Below are positions 24,354 to 38,353 of a DNA stretch of 64,000 bases, piece by piece. The position numbers and the translations under genes are program-made. Below the pieces are notes generated by a model. That model made no database searches. It was not told where the DNA came from and saw nothing but the letters and a program-made list of their open reading frames with translations. The stretch covers positions 1 to 64,000 of the forward strand of contig JAUGWO010000115.1 in the NCBI GenBank assembly GCA_049724395.1. Direction: 5' to 3'. Origin of the DNA: Spongospora subterranea f. sp. subterranea (taxonomy: Eukaryota). Within the stretch, counting starts at the first letter, position 1. Each line of letters opens with the position of its first letter.

Positions 24354-26370
24354 ATGCCGATTACAGTACCCGACACTGAAGTGACCCCCTTCCACCACGG
24401 AGTCCAGACAAAGTGTACAGTGTACAGCTTGGATGATCACCTTTCAGTGTGACGTACGGGATGCGAGGACTGACGTCAACCCACGAAGCGTCTGTAGTTG
24501 CGCACGTCTTACAAACTGCAACCTTCGGCTTCCATGCATGCGTCCAGCGTGGTTGGAAATCGTGTTCTGTCCAATAACTCATTGAAACAATATCACCGCA
24601 TGTTTTCGCGCGCTGCAGCTGTTTCTCACAACGATTGGGACTATCTTTCCCTGTCGGTATTGGATGAGCATGTTCCACAATATTTTGTCCATGTATGAGA
24701 GAGACTCTTAAATTGCTTCCATTGATTACAAAGTTTTACCTGCCGGAACCCCGGTACTAATTTCACGCCGACGTCGCCTGCAATTCTGACAGTGTGAATC
24801 CTGTCAAGGACGTTTTCACGAGCACACAACTCAAGGCGACTGGAATGGCCCAGGCCCGTGTAACCAGTGTCTGTTTGTTGCACCAGGCTCGGAAGCGAAA
24901 GCGGTCATATTCCGAGGCGTATCCAGACTGTAATATCGATTCCGATCGAAGTCGAACCCATGCCGATTTTCCCCGTTTGTGGAGAACTGGATGCCCACGT
25001 AAAGACCCTTGTATTAAAAAGTGGCGAAGTTTGATTTTCCGGACTTCCAAAACCATGGTAACCTGACCTCTGCTTCCGAATGAGATGCTTGCAATCAGAA
25101 ATGCTCTTTTGTCAAAAATCTGTGGATGCAATGCGTTTCTGGACAATGGTTTTGTTCCATGTTCAGTTATTCCTGCAGACGGGTGCCCATTCAAATTCGA
25201 TCATTGTGTACCCGGACTGACTTCGGTGAATCAAGTTGTTGCTATTGGTGTCATAACCAATGGCAGTAGGGAAGAATCATTCTAGTTGATGATGATATGG
25301 ATAAACGACAAGGTTCCAGAGGTGTGCCCAGTGAGACTGCTTCTCGCGTGTAAAGTCAGGCTACATTTCCCCATGTAAAACAGCTGGTTCTGCTGTCGAG
25401 TATGAGACGTTCACCTGACAGTAAGTTTAATTGTTTCGAAACCTCAGCTCTGATTGATAGCATTTTTCGTTCGGCCTATTGTAAACGCTATTGCAATGGG
25501 CTGGGTTCTGATGAGATATTACAATATATCCATCAAGGTTGTTCCCATCGGCCATCCGGACAATTTCATGGCTGGAGTTCGATTTCTACAAGGAGTGGAA
25601 GATGATAATGTTGAAATTTTATATCCAGACATGGTCACAAAATGGACCTATAGACCTACTTTAGGCACCCCATCCATATAACCAGATGACGTATTTGGAA
25701 TTTTTTCGTTTATGTGATCTGGCAATCGACCCACAAAGATTTCCCTTATATGTTCGAGAAGCAGCCGATTCGAAAGTTCCACCATTGATAATTGATATTT
25801 CTCTCCAATCATAGGTAACAACATTCATCAAAAATATCATTGCAATAAATCCTCATCATCATCAGGAACATAAATGCGATGCCGCAAGAACTCTCTTATC
25901 AAGATGTTATTATAAAAATTGGCTGCTTCTCGAACATATGTGGGTCGATTGCCAGATCACATAAACGACAAAAGTCAAGATACGTCATCTGGTTTGGGGT
26001 GCCTAGGTCTATAGGTCCATTTTGTGACCATGTCTGGATATAAAATTTCAACATCATCATCTTCCACTCCTTGTATGTAGAGATCGAACTCCAGCCATGA
26101 AATTGTCCCGATGACCAATGGGAACAACCTTAATGATGACATGAAATAAGTTAGACTAAAGAGATAATACTAGTATCATCGGTAAATACCCGTCGAGGTC
26201 CATAGGGTACTCTAAGGAAAACCGGCCATCTAATGGCCATATGGGGAAATGGGTTCGTTGAGCAGATCATGCTCTCGACCCGACATTCCACCATTGCCAG
26301 CGCTAAAAAGTACTATCAAGATGCAGCAGCCCTTTTGCAAATAGCCAGAAAGCAAAAGTATGGTTGAAGG
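24354..26370 (+). pseudogene. Tyrosine recombinase pseudogene (Crypton-like element)
   Basis: PEVCPVRLLL near 25315-25345; GTLRKTGHLMAIWG...IMLSTRH...AKKYYQDA at 26206-26325 (decayed HxxR box, then H and catalytic Y); stops and frameshifts. Confidence 0.7.
25535..26131. repeat. Inverted repeat, arms 25535-25770 and 25917-26131
   Basis: Arms are reverse complements with small indels; spacer about 146 nt. Confidence 0.95.
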
Positions 26371-26779
26371 GTCTTATTTCCCTGGCATAGCCTCGCATAC
26401 ACGTAGGTGTGTCTTCTTACAGTATCAAGTTAGAGCGATATGGAAATTCGATGAGGCTTTTTTCAATTCAACAGTACTGTATTGTTGCATTTACCGGTAA
26501 TTTCTATCAGGCAGTGACGACTTCCTTTAAACAGTAACTCTCTGCAAGTTGATCACCATCAAATCGTAATTTGTAATGTCAAGTCAGTTGCGGTTTTCCA
26601 ACAGTGGCCCTGGACGGAGTGCCGAGTCGTAACAATGATTCGTTACCCTATCCCGTCAAACACAACAATGGTTTCCATGATAGGTTAGCGGCCTGAACAG
26701 CAGATCGTATGGGTCCGGTTGGTCCAGTGTATTACCGGGGCTGTGGCTTGTTGTTCTCTTCCAGATCCAGGTCAGTTTA

Positions 26780-29700
26780 TTGATATGGGATTTCACACCT
26801 GTGCCCATCCCGGAGTTTCAGTTCCGACGAATGGAGGCGATCGCCATGTCGGATCCGACCGGAGGCTGCGATGCCATGTCGGTGGCGATTCGTATGGCTA
26901 AGGCCCTGCGGTATGCTGGCTGTGGACCGAGGAGAGCGCAGAAGGGTATCCGATGGTCGTGGTCTGTACCTGGCCGCATATCGAATTCCATTTCCGAATT
27001 GCTCGTGATTCTCGAGAGGGATTCCGACTTGTTCGTTTGTCCTACATTTCGCTGCCATATGACAGGTCTCTGGCAGTTTGTTAGCCGAATTCAATCTGCC
27101 CAACTATCGCATGACGAGTTCTTACTGTCTTTGGCACATTATCTCGCCACACTTTACAAGAAAGGATCAGCGTCAGTTCGATCATAGTCGTTTTTACTTT
27201 TACATCTTTTTCGATTAGATATTTGTTCTGAGTTGTATTTACATCTTGGATTTCCTACACTTAGTTCGATGTTTTTATGCGTGATGCATTTTTCGTTTCT
27301 TACAGGTTTTTCAATCAGGATCGGTGCTCGTTCGTCTTTGCATTCACGGACGTTGGACCGGATCGCATCAGTTTGCCTGGAAATCGCATTGGGTGGTATG
27401 CGCCGACAGTATGACAATATCGACTTCATCTCGACATGCAGATCTGTCATCGTTCAACTATTAAGTGAATCGTCCAGCGAGCCTGACCACCTTAGAGTCC
27501 CTCCTCATCTCTTCTCTCAAATGCCAGATTTCTCTCTCGCCGTGTTCACCGAACAGTCCCACATTGTATCGTCCGATACATTAGCAGCGCAGAATATCCC
27601 AGGCAGAAGTCAAACGATAGCCACAGCGGTTCCCACAATACCCCGCACCGACTCAATGGACATTGAGGGAGTGCCAGTCTCTTCTGACACGGTTGTTGAC
27701 GATATCCAAATTCGCGATTGCTCCATGTCTGACGATGATGACGAGGACGATGATATTGCTTCAGCAGATGATGTTAGCCGTTCAACCACCACTAAGGACG
27801 TCCCATCAGTCAGCTTTGATGCTCTTTTCCATCGATTCAATATTCGCCATTCTGGTTCTTTGCGAGTCCTTGACGTCTGCCGTAAACTCCTTTCCGCAGA
27901 TCGGTTTGTGACCCCGGTTTCAATATCCACTCTCCTTCTTCGATTGTCAACCGTGAATAGCCTTTTGGAAGCTATTGTTTCTACGCAAATTAGGTTTAGA
28001 GTGGATACAGATGTGATTTCATTCGCCCTGGACGTTCTGCACAATACACTCACAGTTCACGCCCCCATGGCGCGGCATTTCATCCTTGTTGGTCCAGACG
28101 AGGTTTTATCGTGTCGGGATGCATCTCAAGCGTTATCTCACGTCGTGCAGAACATTCTGAAACTGATTGTCGCGGTTGCACCAGCGCATGTTGCACGTAA
28201 TGTCCGCGTTGTGGTATCGGCTTCAATTCTCCACTCATTCTTGTACTTCGACATGGCGCATTTCAACGAGTTGGCTTCTGTATCTGGGTTTCCTATACCG
28301 GAATCGACCCCCGACACTTTCCGTCTCAACTGCTCAGACGCCCCGGCCACCACTGGCGAATCATCTGCTTCTTTTCAGCGCTTGATAGAATCTTTGGCGT
28401 TCTCATCATCTCTGCTGCCGCTGGCGACGAATACATCCATGGATGCCGTGGGTTATATTGGTATTGAACCGCTTCCTCCGATTCTCTATAATCTCTTTTC
28501 GTCAGTGTCGTCCGTCTCCGATTACACCGTCGATGTGACGGATTCCTCGCTCTCTCCCGACGACTTGTACAGTATTCTTCTTAGCGGCAGTTTGCTAAAA
28601 CCGTCTGAGCCAGGAAATTTATTTTATAAGTTTGCCCTTCTCACATTATCATCATTGCATTACAATTTCAGCGATAGTCTCTGTGCGACGTTCATTCAGT
28701 TCTTAATTCGCTTGCTTTCCTATCACCATCCATCAATATCTGCCACGGTATTGCGGTCTTTAAAGCAGGTTCATCTTGACCTGATGTTGGGCATGTCTTT
28801 AATCAACGGAGAACGCGGCACGTTCAGCCCGGCGGATTTCATTGAACTTAGCTGTGCGCTTTCACAGCGTGCTTGCATTCCTGATGACTTTTGTCTTAGT
28901 CTTGTCCAACGTCTATTAAAACAAAAAACCTGGGTGTGGACGTTGCCGACTATGACAGTTCAAACGCTGTTTTTGTTGGTGGCGAAGTCGTCCCCGGCAC
29001 GGGGTGTATTACTGGACAAACTTCTCGGCGGGTTTGACGGTCTGTTACAAGGAAGTCATCTCGTTGGGAATGGTCCAATGGGGCGCGCCATGATTTTATT
29101 GACGTTGTTGTCTTTGTTAAGCCCATCTGAAGTTAGGCAACATGTTTTACAAGTGCTATTGCAAAGCCTGACGGCCAAGACCAACGTTAGTTTCGCCCCT
29201 ATTCTCAATAATGTCAATGTGGTTTGGCTGTCAATGCTGTTTATGTCTAATTTCATAGCTCAACGTTTGGATCGGGCAGCCTTACCGCTTGAAGAACTTG
29301 GACTGTATTGCGATTTGCTCGAACACACTGACGTTTTCAGCCTTGACGAAATCTGCGCCCTGTTGCGGGGGAAATTTCCTCTCTCGTTCACACCATCTTT
29401 GTCGAAATTTCACCACGGTGACGAATTCTGTGATCGTTTTTGGCACCTGTTATTGGCGTTTTCCCGGAAGATGAGCTCCGACATGAAACATGCCGAACTG
29501 CCATTCTCGCTAATCAGTTATCAGGCAAAATCATTCAGGTTCATTGGATCGATTCTGCGTATCATCGTGGATTCATCATCGAATCTGTTGTCTCAGTACG
29601 AGAAGCTATCGCGGTGTTCGGCGGAGCTGGATCCGGCGTCTCCAACCACCGCTTACTTTCTGCAACAGTGTGCGATCAGGATGCGAACCGGGTCTGGCGA

Positions 29701-32700
29701 CACTTTGATGCCCCCCGACCCGATCCTGTTCATGTTGGACTGTTTGGATAGTAATCGACAATATCTCTCTAATCACTCGGCTCGCCCATGGTGGGTCCAC
29801 CTCGCCATCGATACATGTATTCAAGCGGCAAGTTTCCATCTCGTCAATGATGATTCCGACGTATTTATTGCCGAAATGTTCGTCCTATCACTGCTACGGC
29901 TCGTTACAACCTACGCTAATCTCTTACGAAAATGCGTTCATGACCTGGTCTTGTCGAGGGAAAACGTCGACGATCCCGTCCGGTCCTCCGTTATCGAGTC
30001 ATTTCTTGAGTTTGGATTAGGGAATGTAGATACTCTGAGTCTCCCTAGTGAATGTCTAGTCGATGTCATTGCTGTTAGCGATCTTTGGGACCCATCAGTT
30101 CTAACCACATTGTGGTCGCACCATATCCCATCTGGTTCTGATCCGGTATCATCCCTGATAGCCGACCTAACCTCTATCCAGTCTGTACTCCGCTCTATAT
30201 TCTCATCGCTTTCCCTAATGTTAACCGCTTGGCCAGCTTTATGCAGTAAACTGTCGGATATGGGCATAAAAATCCTGAAACCATTGCTGTGCAGTCGCTT
30301 GGTACCACTGGGTCAATCAGCCAATATCCTGGCGTTCTTTCAGCCATTTCTATCATCAAGTGGTGTTTTATTACAGGAGTCCACAATACAACTTGGTCAC
30401 GTTCACTCGATCATTCACCGAATCATCACAGAATTGACACCTCATCTTCATGAAATCTCGCAGCTTATCGTGGAGTGTTTGACTTTTTTACGACGACAAT
30501 CGCGCGCCGCTTTATCGTCATTTTACGCCACAGAATCAGCTGAATATTGTTTTCCTGATATCGTGTTTCTGTTTGCTAATGGGGGCGCGCCGATCGCCCA
30601 TGAGACTCTGCGTTTGATCCTGATCCTAACTGAACAGACGGCCCAGATTGGCATTGCCAACCAGTTTCGCCTCGCCTTTATCGTATCATTAGACGCCATC
30701 ACGTCGCTGATCAAGGCCCCGACCTCCATGACCCGCCTCCCGTCCACTGAGCAACGGGTTCGTGAACAATGTTGGACCCTTTTACGCCGTCTATTATCGT
30801 CAACTACTCGCGATTGTCAATCAGCTCTCAGTTCCGCGACGTCTGTTCGAAAATCTCTAGCGTCCTTGCCGAGAATTTGTTGAAAGATGGTGGAGGTGCT
30901 GGCTCCGTTTATGCGGCCGTTTCCATTATGTGTCGTAGTTCACCTTCCACCGCCGCGATTACACTTCTTTCCCGACTTCTACCTACGCTTGCAAATCGTT
31001 CCGCTTTTTGCGCCATCGACGCCATCGATGAGCTGCTTGAACTGGGGTATGACTCCCAGAACGATTGCGGAATCCGGTCTGCTCTCCCATCTCGATGCGC
31101 TTCGGACTCCAATACCTTGTCGGGTACATATATGCTGTATTCGTCAGCAACTCCTGTCGAACTGTGCTCGTTCTGCGTTCGCCATTGTTTCGCTGGGAAG
31201 TCTGAGGATATTGCGTTAACTTCGACTTCATCATCCGCTGTTGGTCGCTCGCAGTGTTCCTGCCAATCACATCATGAGGCTCCGCAAATGGTGTCGACGA
31301 CGTGTTCGGCTTTGTTCGAAGAGTCTCTAATTGGGCCATTATCAGCCGCTCTAGAGCAGTTTGTCTCATCGCGTATCGATCTAATTGGTTATCCGTCGGT
31401 CAAGGGATCGATATTACCCCAAATGCATCTGTCTCAAGCCGTTCCTCCATCTGTTCTTACATCATCTGCCGTTATTGGTCAGCCTTCTCAGCCTATATTA
31501 CCTCCTCTCGCATTGGTAAATCCCCCCTTGTTTTCTCTTGATCGTGATTCTATACTGTTTGTGTGATGGGTTTATATTATCTGAATTGGTTTGCCTTGTG
31601 TGCTTCAGACTGAAAACCCTGCATCATTCTTGACGAGCCCTCCAAAACTCTCATTATGTGGTGTCACGTCTTTTCCGGATGCGCTTCTGGTTACGTGCGA
31701 TAATTCAATGGTCAACGTGTACCGTAATTGGCGGAATGATCTTGCGTCCAACGTCCGTTTGTGCTCATCATCGTGTATGCCATTCCATGTTTTAGGTGAA
31801 ACCCGCTGGATCATATCGTCATTTTTACATCTTTTTTGTTTTCGCCATTCAGTTTCGTTTTGATTGTGTCACTCTGAATTCATTTTTATCCCATTTTTTC
31901 TGATAGGAATATCGGTTCAAAACTTGATGGTGCTGTTGCATGGGCCACGTGATGCACACATATTGAAGCTGGATGCTACTGGGAAGCGTATTGGGCGAAT
32001 TAGGCTGGATCTTTTGCTGGATGACACCAGAAATGCGGTTCGCATTGTGTCTGGACAATGGTTAACAGGAACATCACGGATAATGGTCGCCACCAATATT
32101 TGCATCATGATGTTCGATATTGACGATGACAATCCGCTTCCGGTATTGGAGCCGTCATTCCTGGTTGCCGGCGACTGGGATAATTATATTTGTGATGCCA
32201 CGATTTACCAGAATCGCTATCTTTTCGCCATCACCACAAACGGATCAGTTTTCGTCGAAAATCTGGATTCTGTAACAGGGCAACTTTCCAAACAGGTCGT
32301 TATTCCGGGTTTCGACTATGGCGAAACCAGTTCCGGATCCGGTGTTTCCATTTTCGCGTCGGCAACGTCTCGTCGTCTGATTTGTTGTTGGTCTGGATGC
32401 GGGACGCGCATTTTCTCTGTGGATGATGATGTCGTTTTGAGCGCCTGCAATCCGCCTTTGCTGGTCAATACGCCGTCGTCGGCTGTCACCAACGATTTGC
32501 GGTGCTGGACCGATGTGATTGGGTCTCATGATTTGATTGCTTCGATCGCCCCAGACAGCCACCGTCTTGTTTTATTCCAGGTCATTTTTATTTCTCAAAC
32601 GTTTCAGTTTATGTTTGGTCGATTTTCTCTTTGATAATCCCGAAAGTAATCAGTGTCCAGGTTTCTGATGAAAGCCCGGACGTATGGTGTCGAACATGGT

Positions 32701-35019
32701 CGTTGCCAGAACGCGGTCGTCAATGGTGTGGTCTGGTTGACTTTTCGTCAGATTTGCGGACTCCTGCTCTACTCATTCAAATGGAAAACGGTTCCTTCCA
32801 CGTTCTCAGCGAAGATCTCAACGTTATTCAGCCCCAGCTCGTCAGTGTGCCCTCATTTCAATCGTTCCTCGACGCCCCCGATCCTTCCTCGTCCAGGTTT
32901 TCACCATAAATCTCAATGTCTCATCGCTTCCCCCTAACTTATGCTTTCTCAGAGCGACCGGAAGTGGTGGTGGCGAAAGTGCCGCCTGGTCCTATCGTGA
33001 CCCGACCATCTTTGATCGATCCAAATGTGTGGCTACAGTTACTGTTCGTGGAACGTCAGCGTCCAAGGATTTTATCAGGGATGTGGCAAAAAGCGCCGGT
33101 TCCAATGGAGATTCGTCGTCGATCAATAAAACCGATGAACTTGCTATTATGATTGAGCCAGAGGTTCCTCCCGGTCATTGCATCGTGGCTGTTCGTGCAC
33201 TCGTTGATCGGTCATCGTCGCTCCAGAACCTCACAATCACTCTGCCTGCGTTACGACGGGTTTGCCACATCTCGGTCACGCCATCGTCTCCCAAGCGAGG
33301 ATTCGACATCCCTTTGTGCAGGTCCTTAAAACATGGTTTTCTCGAACGATGAATGTTGAACAGCACCCATCAGGTTTGAATCAGCCCAACTCGCCTCAGT
33401 TCGCGACTGTGTGGAAGTAGTTTGCCATTCAGAACCGGATTCCCTATGTGCTCTGCTCGCAATCGAGGTTTATGCTATGCCAAGATCGGAATTCCATAGT
33501 TCTACTTCCGCATCGACCGTAACCAATATTCGTCAAAACTGGCCGTAATATTTGTCGAATCTCTTCGCTTTTGAAAAAATATCTGATCGGTTATAATAGC
33601 TGGCCTCTGCCATCTCAACCGGAATCGACCCCGGATTTCAGCAATGAGACTCTCCTTGGGTCCGCTCTACGTTTATGCCTTCGGATATGCCACATCACCA
33701 ATGGGCATTGGGTGGTTTTGCAACGAATCCTTCTGCGTGTTCTTAGCGTTGTGGGGAAACCCTGTTTTGAGAGATTGGAGACGTTATTTCATCTGCTTTT
33801 GATGGAGGTTTGTGCTTTTCTTACAGTCATTTAATTGACAGTGTATCCACAGTTTTGCAGGTTATTCCGCATTACACCTTTCCCGAATTTGAGAACATGG
33901 CCTCTTGTGCAAATTTTTGTGGCCGTCCCGGTTTGCGAATGTTCATCTCGTTTAGTCATCTTCATGCACAAGTATGTAGTCTGATTTCTGTGGTGTTTTG
34001 CTTTCACCGATGTTGAGCAGGTCTGTCGAACTAAAGTACCATCGTATCAAGCTGGCAAACTACTGATTGCGGTGATTGATGACGGCCTGAATGCAATTGG
34101 CAAAGTCCATGCGCATCGCTTCGGCGCATTTCTTCGTTCGTGTCCGACGTTCATGACCAATTTATGCGAGATTGCATCCAAGCTCATTCTAACTGGAGAG
34201 GTACATGAACAATTCTGCAAATCCATTCACTTCCTAAATCTAATCTATCATTTTTCAGAATTGTCACGTATTTCACTCCGTCTCGCTTCTCTCCAGTTTC
34301 TTCGAGTTCATTTGCGAATCAATCATTGCACTGGCCCATGGCGATCATTCACAGGACGTTCGGGATTCGTTCCTGCAAGCTCCGCTGGAATTCGTAGTTG
34401 CATGTTTGGCATGTCCATACCATACAGTTCGCAAAGCCGCCCTGGAGCGATCAGTGGCATCGTTCGCCTCGTTATCGCAACAGTTTGCTCTAAGAGCTGC
34501 CACATTACCTCTTGTCAGAACACGACATTGTACCATGGTGGGAGCCTAATTTGGGAATATTGCTTAGGAACCCGTCCCTGCTGTGAAACCAGTCGTTGAA
34601 CCTGCAGTTTCAGTCTCTTCAGACAATGACACTTCCGCTCCTGAACATCAGCAACAACGGGTCACGACCATTTTGAACAGCGTTAATCGCAGTTTGACTG
34701 CACAAGGTCTGCTTTTTTTCTGTTGAAAATGCTGTTTGTGGTTGGTGAATGTTTTCTAGGAACACGATATCGATGCGATCTCTGTGATATTTGCCCAATT
34801 ATTGGGCCAAGATATCACTGTGCCCATCCAGATTGCGTTGATTTTGATCTTTGCGTGAGCTGTTTTGGTGCCGGCGATTTCATCGGTTCAACTCATCTCT
34901 CGTCGCATGAAGTCGTTTTGCTCAACGATGCTCAGTCAAGTCGTAGCCAACAGCCCGGTTCGCATTCTGCTGGCCCGAATGTTCGCCTTGGTCGGAGGCG
35001 AAACGCCCAGCATTCCTAG
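26780..35019 (+). CDS. Large UBR4/BIG-like protein: helical region, degenerate UBR box, propeller-like region, ZZ finger; multi-exon
   Basis: 1216-aa Leu-rich exon; CSFCVRHC...CSC UBR-box-like; YRCDLCDICPIIGPRYHC...DFDLCVSC...H...H ZZ finger; apparent frameshift near 30810-30830; both ends approximate. Confidence 0.62.
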
Positions 35020-35192
35020 TAAACTATATTGTACATCACAATTTTCCATCGAAATTCCATCGCTTGTATCGAGTCGTTGTCAGAAACCCCAAAGAAACCG
35101 CTAGGTCGAGTCAGATTTTCTGAGTACCCCTAAGAACCGTAAATCTTTTCCGGCCATGCAGATCCTTTAACTGTTTTACCAGATTCAAGTTG

Positions 35193-37672
35193 ATGCGGTT
35201 TCGTGATTATGCTTTTCCGCAACAAAGATGGAATCTTTCCAATGGAGAGGCCACTAGCCTCACCGCTAGCGTGTACGCCAATGGCAATACCCATCCGACG
35301 CTTATCTACAAGAAGGCAACGCTCAACGCCGCCCACAAACCTCACCGACACACTAGACCGAAAAGTCGTCTGCGGAAATCGCCTAAGATTCCAGCTTCTT
35401 CTCGTCCTACCGTATCTTGTACAGAGGAGGATGCAGAACGGCCAACAACACAGCGTTCACAGACACCGAACGCTAGACCTACCGGAACCATCACGGGTAC
35501 AATTGCATTGATCTGAATTGAGGCGTTCTGCGTTGATACCATCTAGGTCGGTTGGTCAGCTCTAACAGCGAGATGAATAGCGCTACTGTTGCTTGTGAAT
35601 ATTCGCAAATATGGGGTGCCAGCCAGTACGATGATTATCTTGACGATATAAAATGGGACGACGACGACGGACTTCAAAGCTCGTGCGAAGTCAGGAGCAA
35701 TCGTTCCAGCGATGAGGGTCGTGAAGGCGAAAACGAGTATAAAATCATTGCAAGACATTTGCGGCAGCGCTGCTCTCCACTAAAAGGAACTGTTCATGCA
35801 GAAAAAGATCCTACACCACCTGGTAATGTCATTGCCTTTCCTTATCCATCATATATGGCGTTGCAACGTCCAGGCCCGGTATCAGCTCTACATGCTCTTC
35901 CTTGTATCGCCAGGTTTCAAATTCACCATGAGGTCCCTGATTATTATGTAGGGCAGCTAGGCAGGAGTTTATTGTTAGCTCTAAATGCGGGTTTGATCGT
36001 AGGTAATAACACGGGTTGCGTTAGCAGCAGGTATGAGGGCAACAATGAGTACAGCTCGTTCGAACATATTCTGGGGAAAACATCTTCCACCGGATAAGTG
36101 GGAGCTACTTACGCCGGTACAACGTGTGAACCACTTTCCAGGTATCAATGGTGCCAACCATTATCGAATATCTGAAAGCAAATCTAATAGGATCATCAAC
36201 ACTGAGCAGAAAGGATAAACTGGCCCTTTGCCTTCGAGACAATAAGGACTGCGATTTTCTGCCGCAGACGTTTGTTCTTCCCGGTGATCGGGCGGCTTTC
36301 CAAGAGGCAGCAAGGCTCCACTCACATTTCATTTGGATACAGAAGCCACCCGCCTCCTCTTGTGGAAGGTTAATAGAAACTCGTTGTATTGTTCGGCAAA
36401 GTGACGAACGTGTCTCCTGGTTAGGGGCATTCGGCTGATCGACAGATATGGACAGGTCGGAGCCAAGAGCAAGACAGTCATCAGCCGTTATATTGACAAC
36501 CCACTCCTGATCGATGGTTTCAAATTCGATATTCGCCTTTACTACGTTGTGACCTGTATGGATCCTCTACGAATATTCACTCTTGACGACGGATTGGTGC
36601 GATTCGCCACCCAAAAGTACCGCCCCTCGAACACCGTTTCTTCACATCTTGAATTTACTGTGTCTTTACATTGTGCAGATATTCGCTGTTGAAATGTAGT
36701 CGCAATCAAAAACGTAAAAGGCGCAATTTCATGAATGTCGTAACTGATCGATCATCTGGATTTTCTAATGGGATATTTGTCATGTGTATAGGTGTCCATC
36801 TCACCAACTTTTCCATCAACCGCTATTCCAAAACGTTCGTGAGAACAACTGACTCGGGTGATAACGGGTCGAAGTGGGGTTTGAAGGCATTGATGGGGTA
36901 TCTGGCGAAATCCGATCCGCCGATAGATACGGTGAAGCTACGAGATCGCATAGACGACATTGCTGTTCGTTCCATAATCGCCGCCGAAGATGTCATCAAT
37001 AGCAAGATAGAAACCTATAGATGTCCAAGGTGCGTCATATTTTCCTGTCCTAATCTATTGTTTATTCAATCGGAAATGATCAGAACTGCTTGTTTTGAAG
37101 TATTCGGTTTTGATGTTCTTCTGGACGCGGAAATGACGCCATGGCTATTGGAAATCAATTCGATGCCGTCCCTAAGTTCACCGTCTAAGCTCGATCTTTT
37201 CATCAAGACTAAATTGATTGCCGACGTCTTTCATATGATTGGGCTTCCTGCCGCCGAAAACGATCTCAAGACGATCAAACGAGCTCAAACGCGACGGTGT
37301 CCAATCCGATTTGTGAAAAGAAATTTCATCTTACTCGTTGATAGGTTGAAAAGGGTGATCGGGTTGAAGAAGCATGAGCCCATAACACCCAAGATATGGA
37401 ACGGCGCTGCTATGACCAAAGAGAAATTAAGTTCAGATGACATTGCGGTGTTGAAAGAGCTGGAAGCTGAGGTAACTGCCGAACATGCAGTTTGAAAATC
37501 GCTGATCTGACTCGATAAGGATCGACGTCGAGGCCATCTACAACGTATATTCCCGACAGCTGATAGGTCACGTCGGTTCTTGCCAATGTTTAAACACGAG
37601 CGGCACAACAACTTGCTCATCGCCGAGTTCATTAACCTGCCACGGGAGGAGGCACTGAAGTTGCTCGAATAA
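35193..37672 (+). CDS. Tubulin-tyrosine-ligase-like polyglutamylase (TTLL4/5-like), spliced
   Basis: QRVNHFPG, RKD.L, FLPQTFVLP, WIQKPPASSCGRGI, SRYIDNPLLIDGFKFDIRLY, GLVRFAT, HLTNFSIN, CFEVFGFDVLLD..PWLLEIN.MPS. Confidence 0.93.
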
Positions 37673-38170
37673 GGTTTATGAAACCGACTAATTGGAGCAC
37701 GCGTCAAATCATGATAATAAATAGGAGTAGTTAATAGAGAGTTAGATAGTTATATGAAAAATGAGAAGGGCCAGTACGGTGATGCGACTAATTGGGGTTT
37801 ACCCTGTAATTGATCAATTATTTGTTGGCGTTCCTTAGCGAAGGTAGTCCTTACACAGAATCAGACTCAGATCACGGAGCGCTGTGGTTGTATCGGCCCG
37901 ACAAAGGAAATGATGGCGAACTAGACCGTTGGCTGCAAAGCATCCCGGTGGAAAATCGACGGGAATGCATCGAGAAACGCAATCACAAACGTGTCCGTTC
38001 CGGCGTGGTTTCGATTAGGGCAAATGGACGGGTGGCAATGTGGACTTTTGTCGGTCAGATAAATGCCCTTCAATGGACGTCAACAGGTCATGTATTAACA
38101 ACATGGTATCAATGACGAGCGATCGTAATCAGGCGCGGCCCTTATTCAGTGAGCCAGTCCCTGATTATCG

Positions 38171-38192
38171 GTGTGTGTGTGTGTGTGTGTGT
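38171..38192. repeat. (GT)n microsatellite
   Basis: About 11 GT units. Confidence 0.9.
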
Positions 38193-38353
38193 TGGACCTG
38201 TGTATTCAGGAGGTTTATCTTGATCTGCACATCCATTACCATTTTCACTGCCTTATTGGTCATTTGGCTCATATCGGCGTTGGGCCGATAACGGCGGGTA
38301 AGGTCGTTCGTCGGGGAACCAAGAGGGGCGCCGGTTCACAATATTAACCCGTC

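Noticed and set aside
24361..24678. Minus-strand ORF with CKTC as a possible Fanzor/TnpB RuvC end
   Set aside because: No convincing RuvC D/E/D motifs; the plus strand is better explained as a tyrosine recombinase.
37810..38291. Small gene upstream of the cNMP carrier
   Set aside because: No recognisable motif and no consistent exon structure.
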